Source: Adineta vaga (lineage: Eukaryota; Animalia; Rotifera). Taken from it: DNA of 64,000 bases. Within the stretch, counting starts at the first letter, position 1; each line of letters opens with the position of its first letter. Where the stretch lies: NCBI GenBank assembly GCA_021613535.1, contig CP075493.1, positions 1,612,001 to 1,676,000 of the forward strand, written 5' to 3'. The position numbers were made by a program, and so were the translations under genes. Shown one piece after another: positions 12,401-25,697 of the stretch. A model generated the notes under the pieces. The model worked only from the letters and a program-made list of their open reading frames with translations, made no database searches and was not told where the DNA came from.

Positions 12401-15400
12401 CACGAAGTGCAATAATTTCTGCATTCTGTTCCATAAATGGATCAAATCCTAGTCGAATGGCTGTATTCGTACACGAAGTAATACGTAGATCAGCAGGTGC
12501 TTTAGGTGGAGCACCTGTCTTAAATATTAAACTCTCCGAAATCGTCGAGACAATATATGTTTCTAAAAGAAAAGAAAAAAAACAACTGTCTTAGTAGAAT
12601 CAATGATAATAATAAAATACCATGAGTTGAGTATTCCTGACGCTCTTTATATGCTTCTAATTGAATTTCATAAGTTGTCGCAGATTGAAGTTCATTTAGT
12701 TTATGATTGAATTTATCCTCTAGAAAGACATAACGACAACTGAAAATATGTCAAGTTAATCTTACTTGATATTGAAATAATAGTTGCTTGATCTCGAGTT
12801 TGTTCTACAGGATTCCATAGATATAATTTATAATTATCTGGTGTTGTATTAATATTTGATGTATCATCAACTTGAATTTAATGAAGTTATTCTTTTGAAT
12901 ATCTATATATTTAAACTTACTTGGAGACCAACAAACTAATGCTGAATGACCGGAAATATTTTCAATCCAAAGTTTAGATGGAATTTGAATTAAATCAGTG
13001 AATTCAATATCTAATTTACATCCTGATATATAATCATCAGAATTGTCTTCTAAGAACAATAATAAATCAATTAGATTGCAAGAATTAAAGAAATAGAAAT
13101 ATGATTCTAACCGTTATTTGGTCTCGATTGATTTGTTACTGGTATTACTTGTAAAGAATATCGATTACCAACTTCCAGATCATGAATAGAAGCTCGTCGC
13201 TGATCTACAGGTATTGGTTTCCCTATTGGTCGACCATTTTTCAGTATTTGATATCCCTTACAAATCATAATTATATATTCTCAAAAAGAGAAAACATTCA
13301 ACATACAATTATTTTTGTATTATCATCTTCAATAGGTGTATCCCAAACAAGATCAATTCCATTTGGATGCATTCGTTCAATTCTAACGGATGAACGTTTC
13401 GATGCAGGTAGACATTTTAAGACTAATTCATTCGATGGATTTGATTCCATATCACATTGATAAATAGAATTATCAACTTTTTTTTGTCGGATACATGCTT
13501 TTACATATATTGAATAGGTTTGATTCTCTTGCAATTTAGTGAATATATATTCAAATGATTGATGTTCATTAGCATCGATTTCGCCATGAAGTTGATCATT
13601 GAGGAAAATTTTGAATGATGTTATTTTGTCGTGAGGAGTTTTAGTTATTTTCCATTTTATCCCTAGAGATAATGGTTCATTCGTTTGGTTCGTTTCGATG
13701 ATCGGTGTTTGTGGTTGTGATGGACAGATAATACGGATTGATTTGGACATATTGTTCTTAATAGAACTAGATCGGTATAAAACTAAGATTTGAACATCAT
13801 TCTCTGTGCCTTAAATTTAGAATTGACATTTTGTATAGAATTACGTGATTTGGTGTAGATGAAATACCTGATTGAAGATTTTGTAATTCATATTCTTGTT
13901 GATTTGAAGTCAATGTTTGAATTGATTTTTTGTTCAATAAAATCTCGTAACCATTAATCAAAGATCGATCAATGGAATTATCAATTTTCCATGATAAATT
14001 AACCTGAAAATGGTCACAAAAACTATAGAAATCTTTCTTTTTAATTCACAAATTAAATACCGTTTGTATTCCAATTCGTGTAACACTAAACATTGATACA
14101 GGCGAGAAATCACCTGTTGAACTATCCAATCTATATGCTGAAGAATCATTTCCTGGTGCCACGTTCGATTCGTAATCAGTAGTATATGGAATATCAAACT
14201 CCTACGAATAAAATTATGTTAATGAGTATGAAATTATACGATGATTATTTGCAATACATACAAGAATGTTTGATTCACAAATTTCTTGATCTTGATCTCT
14301 TGGTATAATGGATAAATAACATTCATGTTTACCAGGTGAGAGATTTAATTGAAAGTTTGATTCATCATCTGGCGAGATCAAATCGCCATATTGTTCTCCA
14401 TCAACGATAATCTAATTAAACACAAATGGAAGAAATGTGAGACATATCAATATCAATATTTGTCATACTCGATAGCTCTGAACAATACTTGAGAGTTTTT
14501 GTGAAGTTTTCTTCCAAAATAATCTGATTCCATTAGAAGTTTGTTGAAATGATATCTTTGGTATAGCACTTCGAACATCATTAGTCTTGAAAAAACGAAC
14601 GAACGACTATACTTTTTTTTGTCAAAAATATAGATACTAACGATATGAAGACTTTCGAATTTGCGTTGAGGTTCAGGACGTCGATGTGAAAAATGATCGA
14701 GATGGATAACTAATAAAATAGATGATAGATTATTTTCAAAAGGATTTTTAAACCTACTCTCGAGATGTATATCAGGTGGTGGAGTTTCACTATTGATTGT
14801 AATATATGCAAAATATCGATCAACTAATTGTTCTTTCAATGGCATTTCTAATGGTGGATTAACTGAAATAATATTTGATTTTCGAATTTCATCTGTATCT
14901 AAGATATTCACCATTTATTATAAGATTTATTTGTAAATAATAATATTTCTACATACTTTTTATCTTTGCTTCGACATGTAACAGATATCGTTGTCTTTGT
15001 TGAGCACCATGAAACTGAATTCCAAAAAATTCGTTGAAATCTTTTTCATAAATCTATCAAATCAATTGTACATTTTTCCAATAGAAGATTTACGTAATAC
15101 TTACAGTTGTTCTTTCAATATCATCAACATAAACAATATATTCACTGACATGATCACCAATATGTGCCCACATTAAAAAGATAGTACTATGTTCATTCGA
15201 AACAGCTAAACTAATCAATGGTGCACCATGAATTTCACGTTTGATTTCGAATGCCTATTGAAAAGAAGAAGATACGGATTTGAATCATTTCTCAAATAAA
15301 AAATTACTCGTTTATTTGATGGTTTTGGTGAGACATCGGTAATAGTTCGCTTTGGATAAGCAAGAATATGAATTTCATATTGTTCACCACCAGCAAAACC

Positions 15401-18400
15401 TTCTGCCGAAAATCGAGTATCTTTTGGTGATAAATTCACACTTTGTGCAACATCGTCTACATATAATTCAAAATGCTCAATAAGATCTATTGAACTCGTT
15501 GGTTCGACTTCAATTTTTCCATATAATTTATTCGGATATTGTATCGAAGCTGATAGAATAATCTTCGTAGTATTCCAAACAGATACAAGTTCCTATTCAA
15601 TATCGATCAGAACTAAAAAATCAAATCTTTAAAACTTACATTCATTGCTTCTAAATCTTCATTTTCCATTACAAATGTTGGACTAGAACAATAAATAATC
15701 TAGAATAAAGTCGAATATTCCGCATCAAAACAAACCTGCTTGTTATCACAGTACTTGAAAGTTTTTCATTTTCAATTGCATAAGCACGTAGAAGATGAAA
15801 ACCTGATTGATCAAAATATACACCATGATCGGGATTGTAAATCTAAATATTTCATATTCAATTGAATTTTTTCGATTAGAAAAATTTCTTTACATGAACA
15901 TTATCATAATGTCGTGTTGGAAGTGTTCCATCAAGTGTATAAAATATCTTCATATCGGAAGTGGAACATCGGAAATGGACTTGTGTTTGAAATGGACTTA
16001 ATGTTTCGATTTCTTCAATTATTTCAGGAGATTTTAGACATTTTTCTATTGAATGAATAGAAAACTATTGAATTTTATAGATCAATATTTACTTTCACTT
16101 TGAATAATACTATTTGAATAAACAATAACTGTTGCTGTAGTATTGAAATGATCAGATCGAATTGTAAATTGTCCACATTGATGAAATGTATATAAATAAT
16201 GAATATCATGAACATATTGTTCAATTGGTCGATCGAGACGATTGATTTCATCGAATTGTCGCTGATTCTCATTTGATTCTACTGAAATTCGATGGTATTG
16301 ATTATGATCTAATAAAATCCATGAAATTGTTTCATTCTAAAATAGATTTTTCCTCAAAAAACAAAGTCTTCAAAAAAAAAGAATAAAAATCAACTTGAGC
16401 GATATGTAAAACATTCGGAACAAATTGTCGATGTGTAACGAGAAAACAAGCTTGACTAAATGGTGGATCAATAACAATGGTTGATATTAAACGATCCTGT
16501 TATGAAAAGAAAGAAAACAATCATATTTTGCATTTTCTCTATAATATATTTACTTCTTCTGAACAAGTCACTCGTTCGAATTCTAAAACAACGAAAAGAA
16601 TTCACTTGAAATCGATATTATGAATTAAAATTTACCGGGATTAGCAAAATAGAATACTCCTGGCATGATACATTCAACAGCGAGACATTGTCGATTACGT
16701 CCTGATACGGCTCGATCATGACACGAACGTAAATCTTCTAAAGTTTCATTTGAACGTAATTGTATTAAACCAAATCGAATAATTTGTTCAAATTGCCATA
16801 TAATAAAATCATTGATATTCGTTATGATTGCTTGAGAATCAAAATTACTATAATGAATAAATTTATAATGAAAACGAATTTCTGGTACAACAATAATAGC
16901 TAATGGTGTTGAATTCATTGATATATTTCCATCGAGTTTATCACTAATTGTAGAAAAATAATAAATTCCTGTTCGATGAAATTGTTGCATGAAACAATTG
17001 ATACTATTTGTTTGTGGTTGAAATATTGGTTTATATAATTCTAAATGATTTCCATATTCATCTGTACGATAGATATTTGCAAAGATTTTTGACATGGATT
17101 CAAACCAAACTTGATCATTTTGATTAATAATTAATGTATTTGGTTCAAAGATATTTTCTTCGTTATATGAAACATGATGATTCTATTAATAAAAATCAGT
17201 GATTAAAATTTTAGTTTTATCGACATTTCCGCGCATTGTAAAGTCTACATTTATGATGGTCCTTGTTACGCGGAAATGTCGTATCAAGAAAATAGTGTAT
17301 TTGTTGTTTCTTACATGAGTACTACTTTCAACAATGACATTCAAAACTACATCATTTCGATTATCATTGTATGCAAAACTGTATAGGCCATGTTGTGGAA
17401 TATGAAGAAGAAATCCTTCACAATTATGGAAATAAGAACGAAAAAATGGTTCGACTCTGACACATTTATGCATCGCTAAAATATAAAGTTTAATAATATT
17501 TATACTTTTAGTATAAATTTAATCGTACAACAATCGAATATGCCAGTTAAACCACCAGCGACATCAGGTACAACAGATGAATTAGCATCAACAGTAATTA
17601 ATACTGGTTCTTCTTGAGAATCCGTTATTTTCCATTGAAATTCAACCAAATCATTCGTATTCATTTTTAAAACTAAACAAAATTTCTATGTTCGACTTCA
17701 TCATTCTTCATAACTCACTTAATTGATCACCAAAAACTGGAAATGAATGAATAGTTCTTTTTGGTTCAACAATAATTGTTCCGATATGATTTGTTGCTGT
17801 TTTAAAACAAAAAATACCTGTTTGAGTAAATTTATGAATCATATAACCACGATAGGATGGATCATATGGCCAAAAGAAATGTTCACCATTCGTTTTCAAC
17901 TAAAATAACGTCGATAAAATTTTCAAAAAAGAAAAAATGACATTTGAAAAACAAACTTCAATTGATTGTTTATTTTCATCGATAAAAAAAGGATCAATTT
18001 GTACAATTGTTTGTTTCTCTTTTGTATTCCATTCGAATATAATCGAATCATTTTGTTCAATTATAACTCGATTTGGTTGAATATTCATATCAGTAATTTC
18101 TATACATTCAATTTGATATTTTTCCTTAATTAGACATGTTATTATATCATGAATTTGATTTGTTTGTGTTAAACGAAAGAAAAATGATGTTCCATATTCA
18201 TAAAATGTTTTTCGAAAATTTCCTTTTGATAATGATGATTCAATTGTATAAAGACCACCAGATATTGGACAATATTTATTTTCTTCTATTCGATAATGTG
18301 TATTTGATCTTGATGTCCATTCAAATTCAATAGTATCACCTTGATGTAAAATTACTTTTTGACTTGCTTTAATATCAGTTAAAGTTAATTTTAATGGATT

Positions 18401-18793
18401 TTGATGAAGAATTAAACAATTGTTTTCACAACATTCGTTGGGATATTGACGTGATTTCGATAAAATTTCACGTTGTGATGATAAAATGATACAAAAATAG
18501 AATTTTTTTGTTGAACAATGAAGATTAAATGAAAGTTGAATACGTCTTTGATTTTTCGATGTTTTCCTATTGATATTAAGTAATTCAATTCCATTATTAA
18601 TTCGATAATATTCATTTCCATCTTTATAAACTTGAAAAACATCATATTCATCTTTATCATCATTCCGAAATTCAATCGTATCACTACAATGAATACGTTG
18701 AGATATCAGATCAGGAAATGAACCATTCCCTATATCAATGGTATGAATGACATCAAGTTCATCATCGGATGGATTATTTTCTGTTGAAATCAT
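9482..18793 (-). CDS. Large multi-exon protein: cupredoxin-like repeats, a CHB_HEX_C/Fn3-associated domain, then many fibronectin type III domains
   Basis: ATG 18793 (MISTENN). Repeats such as IQPNRVIIEQNDSIIFEW, HKFTQTGIFCF, QQFHRTGIYYFS, CIMPGVFYFANP. IFYTLDGTLPT near 15915-15945. FN3 signatures (VEWSEPKSYGIPVMGFQLY, LTWNKP...GYRVEING, VEWRPSP...GYKIYLNN). The last exon ends QIHYS-TAA at 9482. Confidence 0.7.
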
Positions 18794-18918
18794 TGAAAAC
18801 TGTAACTCGAAAGAGAAAGAATGTTTTATTACTGATTTGTTGAATATAGTTAACAAAAATAATGTTATTGAATTTCTTGAGGTTTCCGCATGTATAATGA
18901 CTTTTTTTTTCAATCAAA

Positions 18919-18931
18919 GTTGCTAGGCAAT
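18919..18931. promoter_or_regulatory. RFX X-box upstream of the cupredoxin/FN3 gene
   Basis: GTTGCTAGGCAAT matches GTTGCTAGGCAAC at 12 of 13 positions, about 125 nt upstream of ATG 18793. Confidence 0.55.
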
Positions 18932-19098
18932 AGACTAAGTTGTAATCAAGTACAATACATAACATCATGAATAATCTGCTCAGATCTTTGTTAATCGATC
19001 AAAAAGAAAACATTACAAACATTGATCATAATATTTTTGTTCTGATTTTTATTGATTTTGTCAAAAAATACTAAGGATGTATATATATATATATTGAA

Positions 19099-21190
19099 CT
19101 AAAGTTTTTTAAGTGAAAACTTTGATCTCGCTCGCATCTTTGAACGAGAGAGAAAAGATTTCGATTGTAGATCATATCGCTTTGAAGTATGACAAAAGGC
19201 AGCTGAATGATGCATTTCAATATTCTTTGAATGGAAACAAATCGAACAAATATGTCGCCGTGGACATGACTTCAATCGACATCTTTTCATACGATTATTA
19301 TAATTGCGACATATCGAATCGTTTGTTTGTAAGTTTTCAGTGATGTTCATTTGTTTTAAGTGATTGTTCATAAGAAAAGAAAAGTCGGAAAACAAACTAA
19401 GATGAGTCATTTGACTCACATGTTGACGAATAGTCGCTTCATAAACTAATATATGCTCCAGTAAACTAGGCTTTTGTCTATAAAGATGGGTTATACGATC
19501 GAAATGAGCATCAAGTTCAGGTCCACGATGTTTGAAAAGATATAGAATCGCTTTACGAAAAGAACTAAATGCAGTAGTCCAATCAACATACGATTCGATT
19601 TTCGTTATTTTTTTATGTAGACAACAATGTATGTTTTCTGGTAGAAAAGTACTCATGTCAATATTGTCACTGTTAATTAGTTTTTCCCATTGATGGATAC
19701 TGCCAATATACGGTTTGTTGACATCAGCAATAAGTCGAACCATACGTGTATCCTTGTCTTCTATCCATTTACGACGAATATATGCAGTTTGAGCTGCTAT
19801 ATCATCGTTTCCAATTGCTTGATCAGTTAACGAATCTTCTGTTGATGGTGAGAATGTACTAAGAAAAGAGTGTAACATGTTTTCATCATTGACTGAACAT
19901 GATGGTGTAGAAGGAAGACTCAACGAACATTCAGCAAAAAATGCATCGAGTTCTTCAGATGAAAGACTGTCTACTGTATGACATGGTGATATATGTTCTA
20001 AATAAGTTTTTAAGTTCTTGTAGTATTCAATAACTTATTTTAGTATAGACATACCTGAATCGAGCATCAGCATGTCGACAAGTGATGTCTGCATATCGAA
20101 ATGACTCATATCAATTTTGATAGAACTGTCATTCTTTTGACATGTACAAAAATGTGCTTGTTGACCAAAAGGAATCCAAGAAGGTAACGCGAAATTAACT
20201 GATTCTGCAATATTAAATCCACTATTGAAACCCCAATGATAAGCTCGAGGAAAAGTAACAATGATATCATTAGGACATTGTTCGATTCGATAAACAGGAA
20301 TATTATAGCTTTGAATAAGTTCATTTGGATTTGGAAAAAGAGTTTTATGTCGTAATGGTGCTTGACAATGAGATGTTTGAAGAATATCAGAGTCATGAAG
20401 ACATTGTTCAAGTTGATCAGCATTTGAAGATGGTATTATATACCAGAATTTTGATGATCCTTCATGCATATAATTCATTGAAAAGAGATCACTTTCTTCA
20501 GTATGTATGCTAAACATAGAAGCAAACATACCAACATGAAGAAAGGGTGTTGTAATCCCTAAAATAAAATTTAAGATAGAAACTGTAAAAATCTTTTCCT
20601 TCCATCTCATAGTAAATGCTGTCAACTAAGTGTAATCTTTTATCGTATATGATTCTGTAATTACCTTTAATCTGTTGATTAGTTAATGAAAGAAGAGATT
20701 TCGATGGTATATCATTGAGATTAAAGATTGTTTCTGTTGGTGGAAAGAGACTATGTTCAATTTCAGTAGCATATCGGATGACACGTTTCGCGATCGAATT
20801 CGACTTAATCATTTTCCAAAATTCAGATTCAACATCGACAACTCCTTGTGGAGCTCGATTCTGAGGACGATGTGCAAAATCAACGAATATTTTCATTTGC
20901 ATAGCTTCATTTTCATTGATAGTTTTCCGTTGTGAATTAGTAACACGCGAAACTAACGATGAAAGTGGAATAATACTTTGTCGACTAATTGAAAAGGTTG
21001 AATTGATAGATGATAGAGGGAGAGTTTTCATTTTAGTCCATTCTCGTGGTGGAATAATTTTACATGCACCATACGAAGCAATAAGCTTTTCATTGTTATG
21101 TATATATGATAGGAGATCGATAAACTCGGACATAGTTGGTATCAATACTGGAATAGATGGAATTGTTGCAGCTTCATTTACTTGACTCAT
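19099..21190 (-). CDS. KDM4: KDM4/JMJD2-type JmjN-JmjC histone demethylase fused to a DIRS/Ngaro Gag-like domain with a Cys/His zinc finger (642 aa)
   Basis: Exons 21190-20665, 20558-20055, 19997-19099 total 1929 nt and stay in frame; GT-AG introns of 106 and 57 nt. JmjN IPVLIPTMSEF...GACKIIPPREW. Fe ligands HTE...YHWGFN; 2OG Lys in KFWY; Zn ligands CQAPLRHK and CTC; NIAESVNFA. C-terminal DWTTAF...FKHRGPELDAH...YEATIR and CRNYNN...C...C...HICSIC...H...C. Confidence 0.85.
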
Positions 21191-22935
21191 TCTGTTTTAT
21201 CCAAGTACACTAAAGAGAAAAATTAACGTTTAAACGACTGTTCTAGTCAATATAGTTAAACTAATCATCGACAATTCTTTTAATCTAAGTTCAAACATCA
21301 TATACCTTATTACATAACAATTCGAGGACTGTGATTACGGTGTCAATCGTATCGTTCTTTATAAACATACACGACTTATCAATATATCAAAAATACATAT
21401 TCTAAATGCACGCAAACATACGAAGAATAAAGGTATTTAAGTTGTGCGTTTTTGTTTGGATCGTTTAATACACATGTAAGTTTATTTTCGATCGAAACAA
21501 GGTCAGTGATTAGTTTGTATGTAGGAGAGACGTATCTATAACGTTTGTCTTTTTCTAACATGTCACACATCAATCAATTTTTTTTGTACTCTTTATGTTG
21601 GAAGAAAACTATATTTTGATAAATGATTTTCGATAGTTATACATATAAGAAATGAAATTATGCGTATATACCTATGATGCGTTTTATTAACAAAATAAAA
21701 CTGTATACAAAAAATACTTATATCAAAATAACTATCGTATCTATTCGATGTAGATGAGAAAAGAATCATGACAAATACACATATTGTAAGCGAGGACTTT
21801 CTGACGTATGAAATCGGCGGTATTACATTTATTATCGTCCGTATCATTTTGATAATAATTATTTTCCCTTTAGAAATTCGATAAAAACAATATGAATATT
21901 CCATGTACTCAATTCCACTTTTTATAAGTTTTTGCTCTTTCAATTAAGTGAGATTTTAACTTCATAGATACCGGTAAACCTCTTGCATGTATATATAACA
22001 CGTGTATCTATACGAAAGAACGAAAAAACGTTTTTCGTTGTTTTTTTTTCGTTCTGCTAGCCTTCAGTCTAAAGACAGCGATGTTACCCACTTCTCCAGT
22101 CAAGCGATTTGAATAAAACAAAGAAACGATTTCAAGGTATTCGACAATCTGATTTGTAAATACATCTTCACTTACGTACCATCGAGTTATCTGTTTAAAT
22201 TAAAACTACCAATTATAGAAAAAGGTTTTCAAAAACATTATTTGTGATACGGTTCGCTTAGTGTATGACACAAATCAATGATCAACAAAATACAAATCAA
22301 AACAAACCCAATCGAGCAAAAAACTGTATAAAAATAAGAAAATTTCGTATATTATAATCAGAAATTGTTCCTCCCATAAGTTGACATGTACAAACGACGT
22401 TCAAGTTCATAAAGAGGAATATCCTATGTAATCTACTGTCATATTTTTTCAATTTATTATGTAGAACATTGATGTTTACAGTTACTATACTTGGACAAGT
22501 ACTGATCAAGCAGATTGTTATTAAATTTTCAGTACAGAAAATATCGTATCAAATGATGCTTGTCAAGACACCTGTCTTGTAGGAACTGACTATAAGAAGA
22601 TAAGCGAACGTTATGAATGAATGAGTTAAAAAGTATCTAAATATGTATGTTATTGATCAATTCAGAACATTTTACTTCATAGTTTATATAAATAGAAAGT
22701 CATATGAATAGTTCATGTATTCGATTCAATAAGTCGATTTACCTTCTTCTTGTATGTTTTTGTTCTTTGAATCAAATGAAATATTAAAAAGAATAACAAC
22801 AAAATTTAAAGTTGTTCTCCACTTATTCAATGAATCTAAATTTGTTTGTTTAATCATTAATTGATTTGAATACAACAAAGAGATATATATATATTTAGAA
22901 TTAATTAGTAAACGAAACAAAGATTTGAATTAAAA

Positions 22936-24169
22936 TTATTCTTCAATAAAATGCTCATTTTTGTCTATATCAGAATGATTTGTTTCATTGAGATTATCCA
23001 TTGAAGACGGAGAATAAGGTCGAATAAATTCATCTTTATCCTGACAATCATTGGATAATTCAATATTATTATGAATTGATTTTGTTGACATAAGCATTTC
23101 ACGTTCTTTCGTATTTCGCCATTTCATTCGACGATTTTGAAACCTGAATAATCAAAATAAATTCCTTCCAAGAATCATTTCATTAATAGTTTTTCTTACC
23201 AAATTTTCACCTGTGAATCTTTTAGATTAAGTCGTTGAGCTAATTTCTTTCTTTCGGGTTTATTGATATATTTTTGTTTTGAAAATGCTACTTCAAGACC
23301 TTTTCGTTGTTGATCCGAAAAGACTGCACGTCTTAACATTCGTGGTTGAGTTCTATTTCGAAGATCGATTGGCCAAAATGAATCTGTTGATGGTACATAG
23401 AGTCCATTGAACATTGTTGATGATGGATTAGTTCCAAAATAATGACCTTTGAAAAAACAAAGAATACATTTTCGTTTGTTTTGATAATAGATCGAATACA
23501 TTAATTGAATAAAAAGAAAAAATAATAATATATCTATACAATAGAAAATAAGCCTAAAGTGAAGAAATCAAAACAAACGACTAGATTGAATGAAATCATT
23601 CATTTAGAATTCGTTTTTCTTCAAATGAAATTCGAAAATATTGAATTATTTACCAAGTAATGGTCGAAGATTTGGACGCCAAAGTGGATTGGATGGTAAT
23701 GAAGAATGATGTGATCGATTTGTTGCCATTATTTGATGGAAAAGATGTTCATTGCTAATTCCTTGAGATAAATCATAGGATAGATTACTATTTGAACAAT
23801 TGGTTAATGATTGTTTGATAAGAGGAGATTGAACAAGCAATGGTTCACCTGAAGAAACAGATGAATTTGTTGAATTCGGTGATGTAACATGTATATCAAC
23901 TAAATAGAATCACTCTGTTATTTTTTATTCGTTTTATCAAAATATCTTTTACCTTTATGTTTCAAATCTTCATCTGATTCATTACCGATGTCAAATGATG
24001 AATCATTATCTGAATTTCCATGAACATTACCAAGTATAGTATCGACACCAAATTTGAGAATTCTTGATCTTGTTGGTTCATCAGTATTCTTTAATCCATT
24101 TCTCTTCATTTTGGTTAATAATGGTAATAAATTCGACGTTTGTTCACAACGACTATTATTCGTCATCAT
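22936..24169 (-). CDS. Dbx: Developing brain homeobox (Dbx) transcription factor
   Basis: Four exons (24169-23953, 23899-23654, 23446-23200, 23143-22936). eh1-like LKFGVDTIL. Homeodomain [62 protein letters not shown] matches the Dbx family. Confidence 0.92.
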
Positions 24170-25323
24170 TTTATATAAATGTCTGCGTTAGACAAACAAT
24201 GAAATTTTCAATTGAAACGAATATATGATCGGATCATTTTCCATTAGTGTCCAATCATTGTCGAGAGAGAGAGAGAAAGAGAAAAATATAAATGACGACA
24301 AACATCTACCATTCATAACGCTCGAAGGTAGCAAACGAACTGTTCTCTCTTCTTTCATTTGTCAATTGATTTGTTTAAGAGAGCAAACACATCATCATAT
24401 CAATGAATTAATTCATATAAAAGAAAAAATGAAGACGAAAATTCTGACTTTTTTTTGTAGGCATTTCATTTATACTTATTTATAAACAAAAAAAGCGAAA
24501 AGCTTTTTCGCTTTTTTTGCTCATGATCGTCAATAAAATGATTGATTTTTTTTCTTATAATCATTCAAATCGGTATGGATTTTCGTTTTACTCTCTTTTT
24601 CTCTGTCTTTTGATCAATCGAATAAGCGAAGAACACTTTGGATAGTTGAAGTGATTGACATAGAAAAAGAAAATTTGCTAAAAGGCAAATATACTCTTTC
24701 GAAATAAAATGAAATTTCTGTACAATAATAATGAATGATTAAATCCTCGTTCTTCTTTTGTTTCAAGTGAATTGAATCTATTTTTCTTGTCATTATCGAC
24801 GAGACTTTGTTTTTATAATGTATAATACAAGAAGAAAAAGAATTGATTAGTTAGATGTTTCAATTTATCTCATGTAAATTGTCTTAATATGTTCTTGAAC
24901 ATCAGTGGATACTTGAACGAGATATGCTCGATTACATTGAGTTCATTACTCTATGCCTATAAGTCACAAAGATACTTAACTATTTATTTCACCGCCTATT
25001 GTTAGAAGTTAATAGCAGAAACGGAAATCAACATTGTGTTAAAAGGAACGGAAATGAAATTTGTAGTACTTGAAGTACGTCTGTTTGGATGGTTTGAATG
25101 AAAAGAAGTATTTGAAAGCTGGTTGTTAAACTATGATAAACAAACATTTGATTTCTTTTTAGTTCTACGAAATATTTTTCATTTTCTGGCTGCCATTGAT
25201 TTGTGTCAAAGTATCAGACATAATTGAGAATATTTTTTTATAGTTTTTATTAAAAAGAATCAAACAAATCCAATCTTTTCATACGAAATCAAATGTGTTC
25301 AAATCGTTGTCATTCATTTTCTT

Positions 25324-25697
25324 TTATCTACTTAGACGTCGTTTTGTATCGATGTAAACATTGATAATTTTTGTTTCTAAGTCTGTTTGGGCTTGAGGTT
25401 CTTCATCTGAATCAACACTCATTTTAACGTAAACCGTTTCCGGTTCAGCTTCTTCTTGTTCAGGTGAAATAGGATAATTATTTCGTTGATGATATTGACC
25501 AGATGAATATCTCATTGCATTCCACAATGGATTTGCCTGACGAACAAGTCTTTGTTTATCATTTGCAAACCATGGTGCACTTTGATTGAATTCAATAAGA
25601 AAAATAACAAGTAGTATAATATATGAAAGTATCTAAACAAAAACTTGGACATAATTAAAAAACGAATTTATATCGTGTTTTTTTTTACTTTTGCCAT
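25324..25697 (-). CDS. Small secreted pro-peptide of unknown function
   Basis: 9-nt first exon (MAK), intron 25633-25688, then hydrophobic signal ILSYIILLVIFLIEFNQS. Furin-type RLVR followed by QANPLWNAMRYSSG, an acidic stretch and C-terminal KRRLSR. Confidence 0.6.

Noticed and set aside
18960-22620. KDM4-Gag gene as cargo of an intact mobile element
   Set aside because: Only a weak partial inverted match (ATAATCTGCTCAGATC near 18971 vs GATCAAGCAGATT near 22504). A similar motif also occurs at about 31158. No TSD, split repeats, RT or recombinase were found.
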